Shown here: one piece after another, positions 5,046 through 5,706 of the stretch
Layout of the letters: each line of letters starts with the position of its first letter
Numbering within the stretch: position 1 is the first letter of the stretch
Source: a virus
Taxonomy: Duplodnaviria > Heunggongvirae > Uroviricota > Caudoviricetes
IMG/VR virus record: IMGVR_UViG_2690316184_000001
Span: 1 to 5,706 of that record
Direction: 5' to 3' (one strand)
DNA length: 5,706 bases
Program-made: the position numbers and the translations under genes
The notes under the pieces: generated by a model
Seen by the model: the letters and a program-made list of their open reading frames with translations, nothing else
What the model was told of the DNA's origin: nothing
Databases searched by the model: none

Positions 5046-5178
5046 TTTTTGGGACTCCTGGCTGATTAAGTATGTCGATAAGGCGTTTCCATCCGTCACG
5101 TAATTTACGGGTGATTCGTTCAAGTAAAGATTCGGAAGGGCAGCCAGCAACAGGCCACCCTGCAATGGCATATTGCAT
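5014..5178 (-). CDS. cIII: CIII (FtsH inhibitor that stabilises CII), 54 aa
   Basis: ATG 5178..5176 preceded by AAGGAGCACACC (SD AAGGAG, 6-nt spacing). Translation is MQYAIAGWPVAGCPSESLLERITRKLRDGWKRLIDILNQPGVPKNGSNTYGYPD*, lambda CIII from memory. It is absent from the six-frame track because it is shorter than 60 aa. Confidence 0.9.
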   Translation of the reverse strand: MQYAIAGWPVAGCPSESLLERITRKLRDGWKRLIDILNQPGVPKNGSNTYGYPD

Positions 5179-5204
5179 GGTGTGCTCCTTATTTATACAT
5201 AACG

Positions 5205-5227
5205 AAAAACGCCTCGAGTGAAGCGTT
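5205..5227 (-). terminator. Intrinsic-terminator-like hairpin between ea10 and cIII (at the position I would expect lambda tL3; name tentative)
   Basis: The - strand transcript reads AACGCUUC-ACUC-GAGGCGUU-UUUCG: about an 8-bp stem with one G.U pair and a 4-nt loop, with the run of U beginning inside the 3' arm. Confidence 0.4.
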
Positions 5228-5250
5228 ATTGGTATGCGGTAACGCCGCGC

Positions 5251-5619
5251 TCAGGCGGCTTTGATAGTCATATCATCTGGATCAAATATTCCTGATGTAT
5301 CGATATCGGTAATTCTTATTCCTTCGCTACCATCCATTGGAGGCCATCCTTCCTGACCATTTCCATCATTCCAGTCGAACTCACACACAACACCATATGC
5401 ATTTAAGTCGCTTGAAATTGCTATAAGCAGAGCATGTTGCGCCAGCATGATTAATACAGCATTTAATACAGAGCCGTGTTTATTGAGTCGGTATTCAGAG
5501 TCTGACCAGAAATTATTAATCTGGTGAAGTTTTTCCTCTGTCATTACGTCATGATCGATTTCAATTTCTATTGATGCTTTCCAGTCGTAATCAATGATGT
5601 ATTTTTTGATGTTTGACAT
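5251..5619 (-). CDS. ea10: Ea10-like protein (122 aa)
   Basis: ORF 5251..5619 (-), ATG preceded by TATGAGGATATGAATAG (SD GAGGA). The 122-aa length and the 72-bp spacing to cIII both match lambda ea10 by my coordinate recall. Confidence 0.8.
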   Translation of the reverse strand: MSNIKKYIIDYDWKASIEIEIDHDVMTEEKLHQINNFWSDSEYRLNKHGSVLNAVLIMLAQHALLIAISSDLNAYGVVCEFDWNDGNGQEGWPPMDGSEGIRITDIDTSGIFDPDDMTIKAA

Positions 5620-5639
5620 CTATTCATATCCTCATAGAT

Positions 5640-5667
5640 AAAAAATCGCCCTCACACTGGAGGGCAA
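5640..5667 (-). terminator. Strong intrinsic terminator on the - strand upstream of ea10 (lambda tL2-region terminator; name tentative)
   Basis: The - strand transcript reads UU-GCCCUC-CAGUGU-GAGGGC-GA-UUUUUU: a 6-bp GC stem, extendable to 8 bp with U.G and U-A pairs, a 6-nt loop, and U6 directly after the stem. Confidence 0.6.
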
Positions 5668-5706
5668 AGAAGATTTCCAATAATCAGAACAAGTCGGCTC
5701 CTGTTT

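Noticed and set aside
4893-5171. 92-aa - strand ORF (MPLQGG...)
   Set aside because: It is a composite: the kil frame reading upstream through the cIII coding region in a different frame. The real genes are cIII (5014..5178) and kil (4893..5045), each with its own RBS.
5244-5259. Short GC hairpin (GCCGCG-CTCA-GGCGGC) overlapping the ea10 stop codon
   Set aside because: The stem is imperfect and has no following U-tract on the - strand, so it is probably just part of the coding sequence and 3' end rather than a terminator. The better terminator candidate is 5205..5227.
1-5706. attP core, sib/tI region, CRISPR arrays, tRNA or rRNA genes
   Set aside because: I searched by eye for the lambda att core (GCTTTTTTATACTAA) and for spaced direct repeats or tRNA-like structure and found none. 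attP would lie beyond the 3' end of int, which is replaced here by the IS element and the window edge.

Overview
This window is a lambda-type prophage early-left (pL) operon segment, with every supported gene on the - strand. Transcription order (high to low coordinate) is: ea10, cIII, kil, a gam'/bet' deletion remnant, exo, orf60a, orf63, an orf61-region ORF, orf73 (TraR-like), an Ea22-like protein, a TGT/DpdA-like protein, a MazG-like DUF550/DUF551 protein, ea8.5, xis and a truncated int. Three structural changes stand out relative to reference lambda as I recall it (no alignment was possible): (1) int is cut after codon 50 by the right end of an IS2-like element at the left edge; (2) a deletion of roughly 1 kb fuses the first 15 codons of gam to the last ~66 codons of bet, leaving exo without its partner; (3) the ea22 region is about 1.35 kb longer than in lambda and carries a candidate 7-deazaguanine DNA-modification gene (DpdA-like transglycosylase) tightly coupled to a MazG-like dNTP pyrophosphohydrolase. 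The CII-dependent pI promoter and four intrinsic-terminator-like hairpins are recognisable. No rRNA, tRNA or CRISPR array was seen. All family assignments come from reading the translations and from memory of lambda, not from searches.
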